Source: Squalus acanthias (taxonomy: Eukaryota). Taken from it: DNA of 64,000 nt. The position numbers and the translations under genes were made by a program. Below the pieces are notes generated by a model. It saw only the letters and a list, made by a program, of their open reading frames with translations, made no database searches and had not been told where the DNA came from. Below are positions 42,905-57,700 of the stretch, one piece after another (position 1 is the first letter of the stretch; every line of letters starts with the position of its first letter). The DNA lies in assembly GCA_030390025.1 (NCBI GenBank), contig JASTWF010000035.1:682001-746000 (forward strand), in the 5' to 3' direction.

Positions 42905-45177
42905 ACAGATCCCACTCTGGCCGTGTTCCCAGTCTGATACTGGACTTTCAGTCCCACTCCCGCCCTGTTCCCAGTATGATCCTGGACTCTCAGTCACACT
43001 CCCGCCCTGTTCCCAGTCTGATCCAGGACTCGGTCCCACTCCCGCTCTGTTCCCAGTCTGATCCTGGACTCTCAGTTCCACTCCGCCCTGTTCCCAGTCT
43101 GATCCTGGACTCTCAGTCCCACTCCCGCTCTGTTCCCAGTCTGATCCTGGACTCTCATTCCCACTCCGTCCTGTTCCCAGTCTGATCCTGGATTCTCAGT
43201 CCCACTCCGCCCTGACCCTGTTCCCAGTCTGATCCTGGACTCTCAGTCCCACTCCCGCCTGTTCCCAGTCTGATCCTGGACTCTCAGTCCCACTCCCGTC
43301 CTGTTCCCAGTCTGATCCTGGACTCTCAGTCCCACTCCCGCCCTGTTCCCAGTCTGATCCTGGACTCTCAGTCCCACTCCCGTCGGGTTCCAGTCTGATC
43401 TGGACTCTCAGTCCCACTCCCGCCCTGTTCCCAATCTGATCCTGGACTCTCAGTCCCACTCCCGCCCTGTTCCCAGTCTAATCCTGGACTCTCAGTCCCA
43501 CTCCCATCCTGTTCCCAGTCTGATCTGGACTCCCAGTCCCACTCCCGCCCTGTTCCCAGTCTGATCTGGACTCGGTCCCACTCACACCCTGTTCCCAGTC
43601 TGATCTAGACTCTCAGTCCCACTCCGCCCTGTTCCCAGTCTGATCCTGGACTCGGTCCCACTCACTACCTGTTCCCAGTCTGATCCTGGACTCTCAGTCC
43701 CACTCCCGCCCTGTTCCCAGTCTGATCCTGGACTCTCAGTCCCACTCCCGCCCTGTTCCCAGTCTGATCCTGGACTCTCAGTCCCACTCCCGCCCTGTTC
43801 CCAGTCTGATCCTGGACTCTCAGTCCCACTCCCGCCCTGTTCCCAGTCTGATCCTGGACTCTCAGTCCCACTCCCGCCTGTTCCCAGTCTGATCCTGGAC
43901 TCAGTCCCACTCCCGCCCTGTTCCCAGTCTGATCCAGGACTCAGTCCCACTCCCGCCCTGTTCCCAGTCTGATCCTGGACTCTCAGTCCCACTCCCGCCC
44001 TGTTCCCAGTCTGATCCTGGACTCTCAGTCCCACTCCGCCCTGTTCCCAGTCTGATCCTGGACTCTCAGTCCCACTCCCGCCCTGTTCCCAGTCTGATCC
44101 TGGACTCTCAGTCCCACTCCGCCCTGTTCCCAGTCTCAGTCCACTCCGCCTGTTCCCAGTCTGATCCTGGACTCTCAGTCCCACTCCCGCCCTGTTCCCA
44201 GTCTGATCCTGGACTCTCAGTCCCACTCCCGCCCTGTTCCCAGTCTGATCCTGGACTCTCAGTCCCACTCCCGCCCTGTTCCCAGTCTGATCCTGGACTC
44301 TCAGTCCCACTCCGCCCTGTTCCCAGTCTGATCCTGGACTCTCAGTCCCACTCCGCCCTGTTCCCAGTCTGATCCTGGACTCTCAGTCCCACTCCCGCCC
44401 TGTTCCCAGTCTGATCCAGGACTCAGTCCCACTCCCGCCCTGTTCCCAGTCTGATCCTGGACTCTCAGTCCCACTCCCGCCCTGTTCCCAGTCTGATCCT
44501 GGACTCTCAGTCCCACTCCCGCCCTGTTCCCAGTCTGATCCTGGACTCTCAGTCCCACTCCGCCTGTTCCCGTGATCCTGGACTCTCAGTCCCACTCCCG
44601 CCCTGTTCCCAGTCTGATCCTGGACTCTCGTCCCACTCCCGCCCTGTTCCCAGTCTGATCCTGGACTCTCAGTCCCACTCCCGCCCTGTTCCCAGTCTGA
44701 TCCTGGACTCTCAGTCCCACTCCCGCTCTGTTCCCAGTCTGATCCTGGACTCTCAGTCCCACTCCCGCCCTGTTCCCAGTCTGATCCTGGACTCTCAGTC
44801 CCACTCCCGCCCTGTTCCCAGTCTGATCCTGGACTCTCAGTCCCACTCCCGCCTGTTCCCAGTCTGATCCTGGACTCTCAGTCCCACTCCGCCCTGTTCC
44901 CAGTCTGATCCTGGACTCTCAGTCCCACTCCCGCCCTGTTCCCAGTCTGATCCTGGACTCTCAGTCCCACTCCCGCTCTGTGGACTCTCAGTCCCACTCC
45001 GCCCTGTTCCCAGTCTGATCCAGGTCTCAGTCCCACTCCGCCCTGTTCCCAGTCTGATCCTGGACTCTCAGTCCCACTCCCGCCCTGTTCCCAGTCTGAT
45101 CCTGGACTCTCAGTCCCACTCCGGCCCTGTTCCCAGTCTGATCCTGGACTCTCAGTCCCACTCCGCCCTGTTCCCCT
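42905..45177. repeat. 42-bp minisatellite array 1
   Basis: CAGTCCCACTCCCGCCCTGTTCCCAGTCTGATCCTGGACTCT with 40/41-bp variants. Confidence 0.97.
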
Positions 45178-47969
45178 CTGTGACGCCATGTCGGCGGGGG
45201 GCCATGGCGCCCAGGATGGGGGATATGGTGTTCATGTCCATGAGGCGGTGACGAGGGATGTCTACCAGTAGGCCGTGGGCGCACAGGAAATCTGCGCCGA
45301 TGAGGGGGGAGAGCACCTTGGCAGTGATGAACTCCCATCGGTAGTGGTGACCAGCGAGGTCGAGGGTGACTGTCCGGGTGCCATACGTCCGGGTTAGGGT
45401 TAGGGTTAGGGTTAGGGTTAGATAACTAATCCTCCACCCATGCCAGAATATTACCCCCAATCCATTGATTTTTTATCTTGAGTAATAATCTTTTATGTGG
45501 CACCTTGTCGAATGCCTTCTGGAAGTCTAAATACACTACATCCACTGGTTCCCCTTTATCCACCCTGTACGTTATGTCCTCAAAGAACTCGAGCAAATTT
45601 GTCAGACATGACTGCCCCTTCATAAAGCTATGCTGACTTTGTCCTATTAAATTATGTTTATCTAAATGTTCCGTTACTGTTTCCTTAATAATAGACTCCA
45701 AAATTTTACCCACCACAGATGTTAGGCTAACTGGTCTATAATTTCCAGCCTTCTGCCGACAACCCTTTTTAAATAAGGGTGTTACATTAGCAGTTTTCCA
45801 ATTTGCCGGGATCTTTGCTGAGTTCAGGGAGTTTTGGAAAATTATTACCAAAGCATCCACAATTCCTGCTGCCACTTCCCTCAAGACCCTAGGATGTAAG
45901 CCATCAGGTCCAGGGGATTTATCTGCCTTGAGTCCCATTATTTTACTGAGTACCAATTCCTTAGTGATTTTAATCGTATTTAGCTCCTCCCCCACTAGAG
46001 CCCCCTGTTTGTCCAGTGTTGGGATATTCTTAGTGTCCTCTACCGTAAAGACTGAAACAAAATATTTGTTAAGCATTTTTGCCATCTCCATGTTTCCCAC
46101 CATTAATTTCCCGGTCTCATCCTCTAAGGGACCTACGGTTGCCTTAACCACCCTTTTTCTTTTTATATAACTATAGAAACTCTTGCAATCTGTTTTTATA
46201 TTTTTTGCTAATTTATTTTCATAGTCTATTTTCCCTTTCTTAATCAATACTTTAGTTACTTTTTGTTGTCTTTTGAAGACTTCCCAATCTTCTATCCTCC
46301 CACTAACTTTGGCTACCTTATATGTCCTTGCTTTTAGTTGGATACTTTCTTTAATTTCTTTACTTAGCCATGGATGGCTGTCATTTCTTTTACACCCTTT
46401 TTTCCTCAGTGGAATATATTTATTTTGAAAGTTGTAAAATAACTCCTTGAATGTACACCACTGCTCATGTACCGTCTTACCCTTTAATCTATTTTCCCAG
46501 TCCGCTTTCATCAATTCTGCTCTCATGCCATCATAGTCTCCTTTATTCAAGCTCAGTATGCTTGTTTGAGAACCAACCTTCTCACCCTCTAATTGGATAT
46601 GGAATTCAACCATGTTATGGTCACTCATTCCAAGGGGATCCTTAACTAGGACATTATTAATTAATCCAGACTCATTACACAGTACCAGGTCCAAGGTTGC
46701 TTGCCCCCTTGTAGGATCAGTTACATACTGCTCAAGAAATCCATCCCTAAGACACTCAATAAACTCTTCCGCAAGGCTGCCCTGCCCAATTTGATTTGTC
46801 CGGTTAATATGATAGTTAAAATCCCCCATAATTATAGCTGTTCCCTTATTACATGCCCCAACTATTTCCTGATTAATACTTCTTCCAACAGAGTTGCAAC
46901 TATTAGGAGACCTATATACTACGCCCACCAGTGTTTTTTTCCCCTTATTATTCCTTATCTCTACCCAAACTGTTTCATTATCCTAATCTTTTGACCCAAT
47001 ATCATTTCTCTGTATTACAGTGATTCCTTCCTTTATTAACATAGCCACCCCCACCTCCCCTTCCCCTTCCTTCCTGCCTGTCCTTCCTGATTGTCCTGAG
47101 GTGTGCGTACTTGCCTTCCTCTGGTGGGTTCTGCAGCGTTGTCCAAACCTTGGAAACTGTGGCGCTGCTGAGTAATGTGACGAGATAGTCGTACTTCGTC
47201 CCATCTGTGGTGATATTTCGCAGCCGGAAGCGAGATTCAGCTTGGAGAAACCAGGCTTCGGGCTGGTTTTCCCAAAACTCCGGCAGTTTCACGGAAACTG
47301 CGTTCGTGTCCGCCATTGCAGTGCTCGGAATACGTTCTGAGCGTCGGGGTCACCAATGTTGAGGCTGCCGCGAAACACGAATGGAGGCTGAATCCATATG
47401 TGAAAAACAAGAAACTTTTATTCACTGCATGGCACACAAAATGGCTGAGAAAGCTGCTCCCAGAATTCTCTGGAAAAACTCCCAGAATTCTCTGGGTAAA
47501 ACCTGAGGCCCCGCCCCCTTCTGCCTTAAAGGTAAAGTGCCTTAAAGGGGAAGGTGCTGGAAATTTGTCCACAGACGGAAGAGTGGATTATGCCCGTTTT
47601 AGGTGGCGATCCGCCACAATTTAAACATTTTTAACAATCTATTCTCAGTACCAGAACAGGTTGGAAAACATTCTACTGATAATCTCTGCAATAATTTCTG
47701 GAATGCACTGCCTGACAGGGCGGTGGAAGCAGATTCAATAGTTGTAATCTATGTGGGTCCAACAAATGACGGGCAGAGACACGATGAGTGGCAGTCAAGG
47801 TGCTTGTTTACTCGGCCAGAGCGGACTGAGCATGCTCACACTAAACCACGTGACAAATCATGTGACAATATATCACACTGTTAATACCAGGTTTGCAGAG
47901 CCTTCCTGATCTCCTTACAGAAGGTTTTGGCATTTTCCGAGTCTCTCATTATAACTATCTCCGTTCATC

Positions 47970-48911
47970 ACAGATCCCACTCTGGCCGTGTTCCCAGTCT
48001 GATACTGGACTTTCAGTCCCACTCCCGCCCTGTTCCCAGTATGATCCTGGACTCTCAGTCACACTCCCGCCCTGTTCCCAGTCTGATCCAGGACTCGGTC
48101 CCACTCCCGCTCTGTTCCCAGTCTGATCCTGGACTCTCAGTTCCACTCCGCCCTGTTCCCAGTCTGATCCTGGACTCTCAGTCCCACTCCCGCTCTGTTC
48201 CCAGTCTGATCCTGGACTCTCATTCCCACTCCGTCCTGTTCCCAGTCTGATCCTGGATTCTCAGTCCCACTCCGCCCTGTTCCCAGTCTGATCCTGGACT
48301 CTCAGTCCCACTCCGCCCTGTTCCCAGTCTGATCCTGGACTCTCAGTCCCACTCCCGCCCTGTTCCCAGTCTGATCCTGGACTCTCAGTCCCACTCCCGC
48401 CCTGTTCCCAGTCTGATCCTGGACTCTCAGTCCCACTCCGCCCTGTTCCCAGTCTGATCCTGGACTCTCAGTCCCACTCCGCCCTGTTCCCAGTCTGATC
48501 CTGGACTCTCAGTCCCACTCCCGCCCTGTTCCCAGTCTGATCCTGGACTCTCAGTCCCACTCCCGCTCTGTTCCCAGTCTGATCCTGGACTCTCAGTCCC
48601 ACTCCCGCCCTGGTCCCAGTCTGATCCTGGACTCTCAGTCCCACTCCCGCCCTGTTCCCAGTCTGATCCTGGACTCTCAGTCCCACTCCCGCCCTGTTCC
48701 CAGTCTGATCCTGGACTCTCAGTCCCACTCCGCCCTGTTCCCAGTCTGATCCTGGACTCTCAGTCCCACTCCCGTCCTGTTCCCAGTCTGATCCTGGACT
48801 CTCAGTCCCACTCCCGCTCTGTTCCCAGTCTGATCCTGGACTCTCAGTCCCACTCCGGCCCTGTTCCCAGTCTGATCCTGGACTCTCAGTCCCACTCCGC
48901 CCTGTTCCCCT
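47970..48911. repeat. 42-bp minisatellite array 2
   Basis: Same unit. Confidence 0.97.
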
Positions 48912-51707
48912 CTGTGACGCCATGTCGGCGGGGGGCCATGGCGCCCAGGATGGGGGATATGGTGTTCATGTCCATGAGGCGGTGACGAGGGATGTCTACC
49001 AGTAGGCCGTGGGCGCACAGGAAATCTGCTCCGATGAGGGGGGAGAGCACCTTGGCAGTGATGAACTCCCATCGGTAGTGGTGACCAGCGAGGTCGAGGG
49101 TGACTGTCCGGGTGCCATACGTCCGGGTTAGGGTTAGGGTTAGGGTTAGGGTTAGATAACTAATCCTCCACCCATGCCAGAATATTACCCCCAATCCATT
49201 GATTTTTTATCTTGAGTAATAATCTTTTATGTGGCACCTTGTCGAATGCCTTCTGGAAGTCTAAATACACTACATCCACTGGTTCCCCTTTATCCACCCT
49301 GTACGTTATGTCCTCAAAGAACTCGAGCAAATTTGTCAGACATGACTGCCCCTTCATAAAGCTATGCTGACTTTGTCCTATTAAATTATGTTTATCTAAA
49401 TGTTCCGTTACTGTTTCCTTAATAATAGACTCCAAAATTTTACCCACCACAGATGTTAGGCTAACTGGTCTATAATTTCCAGCCTTCTGCCGACAACCCT
49501 TTTTAAATAAGGGTGTTACATTAGCAGTTTTCCAATTTGCCGGGATCTTTGCTGAGTTCAGGGAGTTTTGGAAAATTATTACCAAAGCATCCACAATTCC
49601 TGCTGCCACTTCCCTCAAGACCCTAGGATGTAAGCCATCAGGTCCAGGGGATTTATCTGCCTTGAGTCCCATTATTTTACTGAGTACCAATTCCTTAGTG
49701 ATTTTAATCGTATTTAGCTCCTCCCCCACTAGAGCCCCCTGTTTGTCCAGTGTTGGGATATTCTTAGTGTCCTCTACCGTAAAGACTGAAACAAAATATT
49801 TGTTAAGCATTTTTGCCATCTCCATGTTTCCCACCATTAATTTCCCGGTCTCATCCTCTAAGGGACCTACGGTTGCCTTAACCACCCTTTTTCTTTTTAT
49901 ATAACTATAGAAACTCTTGCAATCTGTTTTTATATTTTTTGCTAATTTATTTTCATAGTCTATTTTCCCTTTCTTAATCAATACTTTAGTTACTTTTTGT
50001 TGTCTGTCTTTTGAAGACTTCCCAATCTTCTATCCTCCCACTAACTTTGGCTACCTTATATGTCCTTGCTTTTAGTTGGATACTTTCTTTAATTTCTTTA
50101 CTTAGCCATGGATGGCTGTCATTTCTTTTACACCCTTTTTTCCTCAGTGGAATATATTTATTTTGAAAGTTGTAAAATAACTCCTTGAATGTACACCACT
50201 GCTCATGTACCGTCTTACCCTTTAATCTATTTTCCCAGTCCGCTTTCATCAATTCTGCTCTCATGCCATCATAGTCTCCTTTATTCAAGCTCAGTATGCT
50301 TGTTTGAGAACCAACCTTCTCACCCTCTAATTGGATATGGAATTCAACCATGTTATGGTCACTCATTCCAAGGGGATCCTTAACTAGGACATTATTAATT
50401 AATCCAGACTCATTACACAGTACCAGGTCCAAGGTTGCTTGCCCCCTTGTAGGATCAGTTACATACTGCTCAAGAAATCCATCCCTAAGACACTCAATAA
50501 ACTCTTCCGCAAGGCTGCCCTGCCCAATTTGATTTGTCCAGTTAATATGATAGTTAAAATCCCCCATAATTATAGCTGTTCCCTTATTACATGCCCCAAC
50601 TATTTCCTGATTAATACTTCTTCCAACAGAGTTGCAACTATTAGGAGACCTATATACTACGCCCACCAGTGTTTTTTTCCCCTTATTATTCCTTATCTCT
50701 ACCCAAACTGTTTCATTATCCTAATCTTTTGACCCAATATCATTTCTCTGTATTACAGTGATTCCTTCCTTTATTAACATAGCCACCCCCACCTCCCCTT
50801 CCCCTTCCTTCCTGCCTGTCCTTCCTGATTGTCCTGAGGTGTGCGTACTTGCCTTCCTCTGGTGGGTTCTGCAGCGTTGTCCAAACCTTGGAAACTGTGG
50901 CGCTGCTGAGTAATGTGACGAGATAGTCGTACTTCGTCCCATCTGTGGTGATATTTCGCAGCCGGAAGCGAGATTCAGCTTGGAGAAACCAGGCTTCGGG
51001 CTGGTTTTCCCAAAACTCCGGCAGTTTCACGGAAACTGCGTTCGTGTCCGCCATTGCAGTGCTCGGAATACGTTCTGAGCGTCGGGGTCACCAATGTTGA
51101 GGCTGCCGCGAAACACGAATGGAGGCTGAATCCATATGTGAAAAACAAGAAACTTTTATTCACTGCATGGCACACAAAATGGCTGAGAAAGCTGCTCCCA
51201 GAATTCTCTGGAAAAACTCCCAGAATTCTCTGGGTAAAACCTGAGGCCCCGCCCCCTTCTGCCTTAAAGGTAAAGTGCCTTAAAGGGGAAGGTGCTGGAA
51301 ATTTGTCCACAGACGGAAGAGTGGATTATGCCCGTTTTAGGTGGCGATCCGCCACAATTTAAACATTTTTAACAATCTATTCTCAGTACCAGAACAGGTT
51401 GGAAAACATTCTACTGATAATCTCTGCAATAATTTCTGGAATGCACTGCCTGACAGGGCGGTGGAAGCAGATTCAATAGTTGTAATCTATGTGGGTCCAA
51501 CAAATGACGGGCAGAGACACGATGAGTGGCAGTCAAGGTGCTTGTTTACTCGGCCAGAGCGGACTGAGCATGCTCACACTAAACCACGTGACAAATCATG
51601 TGACAATATATCACACTGTTAATACCAGGTTTGCAGAGCATTCCTGATCTCCTTACAGAAGGTTTTGGCATTTTCCGAGTCTCTCATTATAACTATCTCC
51701 GTTCATC

Positions 51708-54700
51708 ACAGATCCCACTCTGGCCGTGTTCCCAGTCTGATACTGGACTTTCAGTCCCACTCCCGCCCTGTTCCCAGTATGATCCTGGACTCTCAGTCAC
51801 ACTCCCGCCCTGTTCCCAGTCTGATCCAGGACTCGGTCCCACTCCCGCTCTGTTCCCAGTCTGATCCTGGACTCTCAGTCCCACTCCGCCCTGTTCCCAG
51901 TCTGATCCTGGACTCTCAGTCCCACTCCCGCTCTGTTCCCAGTCTGATCCTGGACTCTCAGTCCCACTCCCGCCCTGTTCCCAGTCTGATCCTGGACTCT
52001 CAGTCCCACTCCCGCCCTGTTCCCAGTCTGATCCTGGACTCTCAGTCCCACTCCCGCCCTGTTCCCAGTCTGATCCTGGACTCTCAGTCCCACTCCCGCC
52101 CTGTTCCCAGTCTGATCCTGGACTCTCAGTCCCACTCCGCCCTGTTCCCAGTCTGATCCTGGACTCGGTCCCACTCCCGCCCTGTTCCCAGTCTGATCCT
52201 GGACTCTCAGTCCCACTCCCGCCCTGTTCCCAGTCTGATCCTGGACTCTCAGTCCCACTCCCGCCTGTTCCCAGTCTGATCCTGGACTCTCAGTCCCACT
52301 CCCGCCCTGTTCCCAGTCTGATCCTGGACTCTCAGTCCCACTCCCGCCCTGTTCCCAGTCTGATCCTGGACTCTCAGTCCCACTCCCGCCCTGTTCCCAG
52401 TCTGATCCTGGACTCTCAGTCCCACTCCGCCCTGTTCCCAGTCTGATCCTGGACTCTCAGTCCACTCCCGTCCTGTTCCCAGTCTGATCCTGGACTCTCA
52501 GTCCCACTCCCGCCCTGTTCCCAGTCTGATCCTGGACTCTCAGTCCCACTCCCGCCCTGTTCCCAGTCTGATCCAGGTCTCAGTCCCACTCCCGCTCTGT
52601 TCCCAGTCTGATCCAGGACTCAGTTCCACTCCCGCTCTGTTCCCAGTCTGATCCTGGACTCTCAGTCCCACTCCCGCCCTGTTCCCAGTCTGATCCAGGA
52701 CTCACTCCCACTCCCGCCCTGTTCCCAGTCTGATCCAGGTCTCAGTCCCACTCCCACCCTGTTCCCAGTCTGATCCTGGACTCTCAGTCCCACTCCCGCC
52801 CTGTTCCCAGTCTGATCCTGGACTCTCAGTACCACTCCGCCCTGTTCCCAGTCTGATCCTGGACTCTCAGTCCCACTCCCGCCCTGTTCCCAGTCTGATC
52901 CTGGACTCTCAGTCCCACTCCCGCCCTGTTCCCAGTCTGATCCTGGACTCTCAGTCCAACTCCCGCCCTGTTCCCAGTCTGATCCTGGACTCTCAGTCCC
53001 ACTCCGCCCTGTTCCCAGTCTGATCCTGGACTCTCAGTCCCACTCCCGCCCTGTTCCCAGTCTGATCCTGGACTCTCAGTCCCACTCCGCCCTGTTCCCA
53101 GTCTGATCCTGGACTCTCAGTCCCACTCCCGCCCTGTTCCCAGTCTGATCCTGGACTCTCAGTCCCACTCCCGCCCTGTTCCCAGTCTGATCCTGGACTC
53201 TCAGTCCCACTCCCGCCCTGTTCCCAGTCTGATCCTGGACTCTCAGTCCCACTCCGCCCTGTTCCCAGTCTGATCCTGGACTCTCAGTCCCACTCCCGCC
53301 CTGTTCCCAGTCTGATCCTGGACTCTCAGTCCCACTCCCGCCCTGTTCCCAGTCTGATCCTGGACTCTCAGTCCCACTCCGCCCTGTTCCCAGTCTGATC
53401 CTGGACTCTCAGTCCCACTCCCGCCCTGTTCCCAGTCTGATCCTGGACTCTCAGTCCCACTCCCGCCCTGTTCCCAGTCTGATCCTGGACTCTCAGTCCC
53501 ACTCCCGCCCTGTTCCCAGTCTGATCCAGGACTCAGTCCCACTCCCGCCCTGTTCCCAGTCTGATCCTGGACTCTCAGTCCCACTCCCGCCCTGTTCCCA
53601 GTCTGATCCTGGACTCTCAGTCCCACTCCCGCCCTGTTCCCAGTCTGATCCTGGACTCTCAGTCCCACTCCCGCCCTGTTCCCAGTCTGATCCTGGACTC
53701 TCAGTCCCACTCCCGCCCTGTTCCCAGTCTGATCCTGGACTCTCAGTCCCACTCCCGCCCTGTTCCCAGTCTGATCCTGGACTCTCAGTCCCACTCCGCC
53801 CTGTTCCCAGTCTGATCCTGGACTCTCAGTCCCACTCCGCCCTGTTCCCAGTCTGATCCTGGACTCTCAGTCCCACTCCCGCCCTGTTCCCAGTCTGATC
53901 CTGGACTCAGTCCGACTCACACCCTGTTCCCAGTCTGATCCTGGACTCTCAGTCCCACTCCGCCCTGTTCCCAGTCTGATCCTGGACTCTCAGTCCCACT
54001 CCCGCACTGTTCCCAGTCTGATCCAGGACTCGGTCCCACTCCCGCCCTGTTCCCAGTCTGATCCTGGACTCTCAGTCCCACTCCCGCTCTGTTCCCAGTC
54101 TGATCCTGGACTCTCAGTCCCACTCCTGTCCTGTTCCCAGTCTGATCCTGGACTCTCAGTCCCACTCACACCCTGTTCCCAGTCTGATCCTGGACTCTCA
54201 GTCCCACTCCCGCCCTGTTCCCAGTCTGATCCTGGACTCTCAGTCCCACTCCCGCCCTGTTCCCAGTCTGATCCTGGACTCTCAGTCCCACTCCCGCTCT
54301 GTTCCCAGTCTGATCCTGGACTCTCAGTCCCACTCCCGCCCTGTTCCCAGTCTGATCCTGGACTCTCAGTCCCACTCCGCCCTGTTCCCAGTCTGATCCT
54401 GGACTCTCAGTCCCACTCCCGCCCTGTTCCCAGTCTGATCCTGGACTCTCAGTCCCACTCCGCCCTGTTCCAGTCTGATCCTGGACTCTCAGTCCCACTC
54501 CGCCCTGTTCCCAGTCTGATCCTGGACTCTCAGTCCCACTCCCGTCCTGTTCCCAGTCTGATCCAGGACTCGGTCCCACTCCCGCTCTGTTCCCAGTCTG
54601 ATCCTGGACTCTCAGTCCCACTCCCGCCCTGTTCCCAGTCTGATCCTGGACTCTCAGTCCCACTCCCGCCCTGTTCCCAGTCTGATCCTGGACTCTCAGT

Positions 54701-57700
54701 CCCACTCCAGCTCTGTTCCCAGTCTGATCCTGGACTCTCAGTCCCACTCCGCCCTGTTCCCAGTCTGATCCTGGACTCTCAGTCCCACTCCCGCCCTGTT
54801 CCCAGTCTGATCCTGGACTCTCAGTCCCACTCCCGCCCTGTTCCCAGTCTGATCCAGGACTCTCAGTCCCACTCCCGCTCTGTTCCCAGTCTGATCCTGG
54901 ACTCTCAGTCCCACTCCGCCCTGTTCCCAGTCTGATCCTGGACTCTCAGTCCCACTCCGCCCTGTTCCCAGTCTGATCCTGGACTCTCAGTCCCACTCCG
55001 CCCTATTCCCAGTCTGATCCTGGACTCTCAGTCCCACTCCCGCCCTGTTCCCAGTCTGATCCTGGACTCTCAGTCCCACTCCGCTCTGTTCCCAGTCTGA
55101 TCCTGGACTCTCAGTCCCACTCCCGCCCTGTTCCCAGTCTGATCCTGGACTCTCAGTCCCACTCCCGCCCTGTTCCCAGTCTGATCCTGGACTCTCAGTC
55201 CCACTCCCGCCCTGTTCCCAGTCTGATCCTGGACTCTCAGTCCCACTCCGCCCTGTTCCCAGTCTGATCCTGGACTCTCAGTCCCACTCCGCCCTGTTCC
55301 CAGTCTGATCCTGGACTCTCAGTCCCACTCCCGTCCTGTTCCCAGTCTGATCCAGGACTCAGTCCCACTCCCGCTCTGTTCCCAGTCTGATCCTGGACTC
55401 TCAGTCCCACTCCCGCCCTGTTCCCAGTCTGATCCTGGACTCTCAGTCCCACTCCCGCCCTGTTCCCAGTCTGATCCTGGACTCTCAGTCCCACTCCCAC
55501 TCTGTTCCCAGTCTGATCCTGGACTCTCAGTCCCACTCCGCCCTGTTCCCAGTCTGATCCTGGACTCTCAGTCCCACTCCCGCCCTGTTCCCAGTCTGAT
55601 CCTGGACTCTCAGTCCCACTCCCGCCCTGTTCCCAGTCTGATCCAGGACTCTCAGTCCCACTCCCGCTCTGTTCCCAGTCTGATCCTGGACTCTCAGTCC
55701 CACTCCGCCCTGTTCCCAGTCTGATTCTGGACTCTCAGTCCCACTCCGCCCTGTTCCCAGTCTGATCCTGGACTCTCAGTCCCACTCCGCCCTATTCCCA
55801 GTCTGATCCTGGACTCTCAGTCCCACTCCCGCTCTGTTCCCAGTCTGATCCTGGACTCTCAGTCCCACTCCGCCCTGTTCCCTGTCTGATCCTGGACTCT
55901 CAGTCCCACTCCCGCTCTGTTCCCAGTCTGATCCTGGACTCTCAGTCCCACTCCCGCCCTGTTCCCAGTCTGATCCAGGACTCAGTCCCACTCCCGCCCT
56001 GTTCCCAGTCTGATCCAGGTCTCAGTCCCACTCCCGCTCTGTTCCCAGTCTGATCCAGGACTCAGTCCCACTCCCGCCCTGTTCCCAGTCTGATCCTGGA
56101 CTCTCAGTCCCACTCCCGCCCTGTTCCCAGTCTGATCCTGGACTCTCAGTCCCACTCCCGCTCTGTTCCCAGTCTGATCCTGGACTCTCAGTCCCACTCC
56201 CGCCCTGTTCCCAGTCTGATCCTGGACTCTCAGTCCCACTCCCGCCCTGTTCCCAGTCTGATCCTGGACTCTCAGTCCCACTCCGCCCTGTTCCCAGTCT
56301 GATCCTGGACTCTCAGTCCCACTCCGCCCTGTTCCCAGTCTGATCCTGGACTCTCAGTCCCACTCCGCCCTGTTCCCAGTCTAATCCTGGACTCTCAGTC
56401 CCACTCCCGCCCTGTTCCCAGTCTGATCCTGGACTCGGTCCCCACTCACACCCTGTTCCCAGTCTGATCCTGGACTCTCAGTCCCACTCCGCCCTGTTCC
56501 CAGTCTGATCCTGGACTCTCAGTCCCACTCCCGCACTGTTCCCAGTCTGATCCAGGACTCGGTCCCACTCCCGCCCTCTTCCCAGTCTGATCCTGGACTC
56601 TCAGTCCCACTCCCGCTCTGTTCCCAGTCTGATCCTGGACTCTCAGTCCCACTCCCGTCCTGTTCCCAGTCTGATCCTGGACTCTCAGTCCCACTCACAC
56701 CCTGTTCCCAGTCTGATCCTGGACTCTCAGTCCCACTCCCGCCCTGTTCCCAGTCTGATCCTGGACTCTCAGTCCCACTCCCGCCCTGTTCCCAGTCTGA
56801 TCCTGGACTCTCAGTCCCACTCCGCCTGTTCCCAGTCTGATCCTGGACTCTCAGTCCCACTCCCGCCCTGTTCCCAGTCTGATCCTGGACTCTCAGTCCC
56901 ACTCCCGCCCTGTTCCCAGTCTGATCCTGGACTCTCAGTCCCACTCCCGCCCTGTTCCCAGTCTGATCCTGGACTCTCAGTCCCACTCCCGCCCTGTTCC
57001 CAGTCTGATCCTGGACTCTCAGTCCCACTCCCGCTCTGTTCCAGTCTGATCATGGACTCTCAGTCCCACTCCGCCCTGTTCCCAGTCTGATCCTGGACTC
57101 TCAGTCCCACTCCGCCCTGTTCCCAGTCTGATCCTGGACTCTCAGTCCCACTCCGCCCTGTTCCCAGTCTGATCCTGGACTCTCAGTCCCACTCCGCCCT
57201 GTTCCCAGTCTGATCCTGGACTCTCAGTCCCACTCCCGTCCTGTTCCCAGTCTGATCCAGGACTCGGTCCCACTCCCGCTCTGTTCCCAGTCTGATCCTG
57301 GACTCTCAGTCCCACTCCCGCCCTGTTCCCAGTCTGATCCTGGAGTCTCAGTCCCACTCCGCCCTGTTCCCAGTCTGATCCTGGACTCTCAGTCCCACTC
57401 CCGCTCTGTTCCCAGTCTGATCCTGGACTCTCAGTCCCACTCCGCCCTGTTCCCAGTCTGATCCTGGACTCTCAGTCCCACTCCCGCCCTGTTCCCAGTC
57501 TGATCCTGGACTCTCAGTCCCACTCCCGCCCTGTTCCCAGTCTGATCCAGGACTCTCAGTCCCACTCCCGCTCTGTTCCCAGTCTGATCCTGGACTCTCA
57601 GTCCCACTCCGCCCTGTTCCCAGTCTGATCCTGGACTCTCAGTCCCACTCCGCCCTGTTCCCAGTCTGATCCTGGACTCTCAGTCCCACTCCGCCCTATT

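Larger units (their letters stand above)
40113..51900. repeat. Tandem segmental triplication; units start at 40113, 45178 and 48912
   Basis: Same ORFs recur at offsets 5065 and 3734; the spacing differs through minisatellite length. Confidence 0.95.

Noticed and set aside
42826..42910. Possible third RDH exon (AG|GTTTGCAG.. GLQSIPDLLTEGFGIF), triplicated
   Set aside because: Only faint resemblance to the T.DG.E..F..NH motif, weak pyrimidine tract and no donor; it runs into the satellite.
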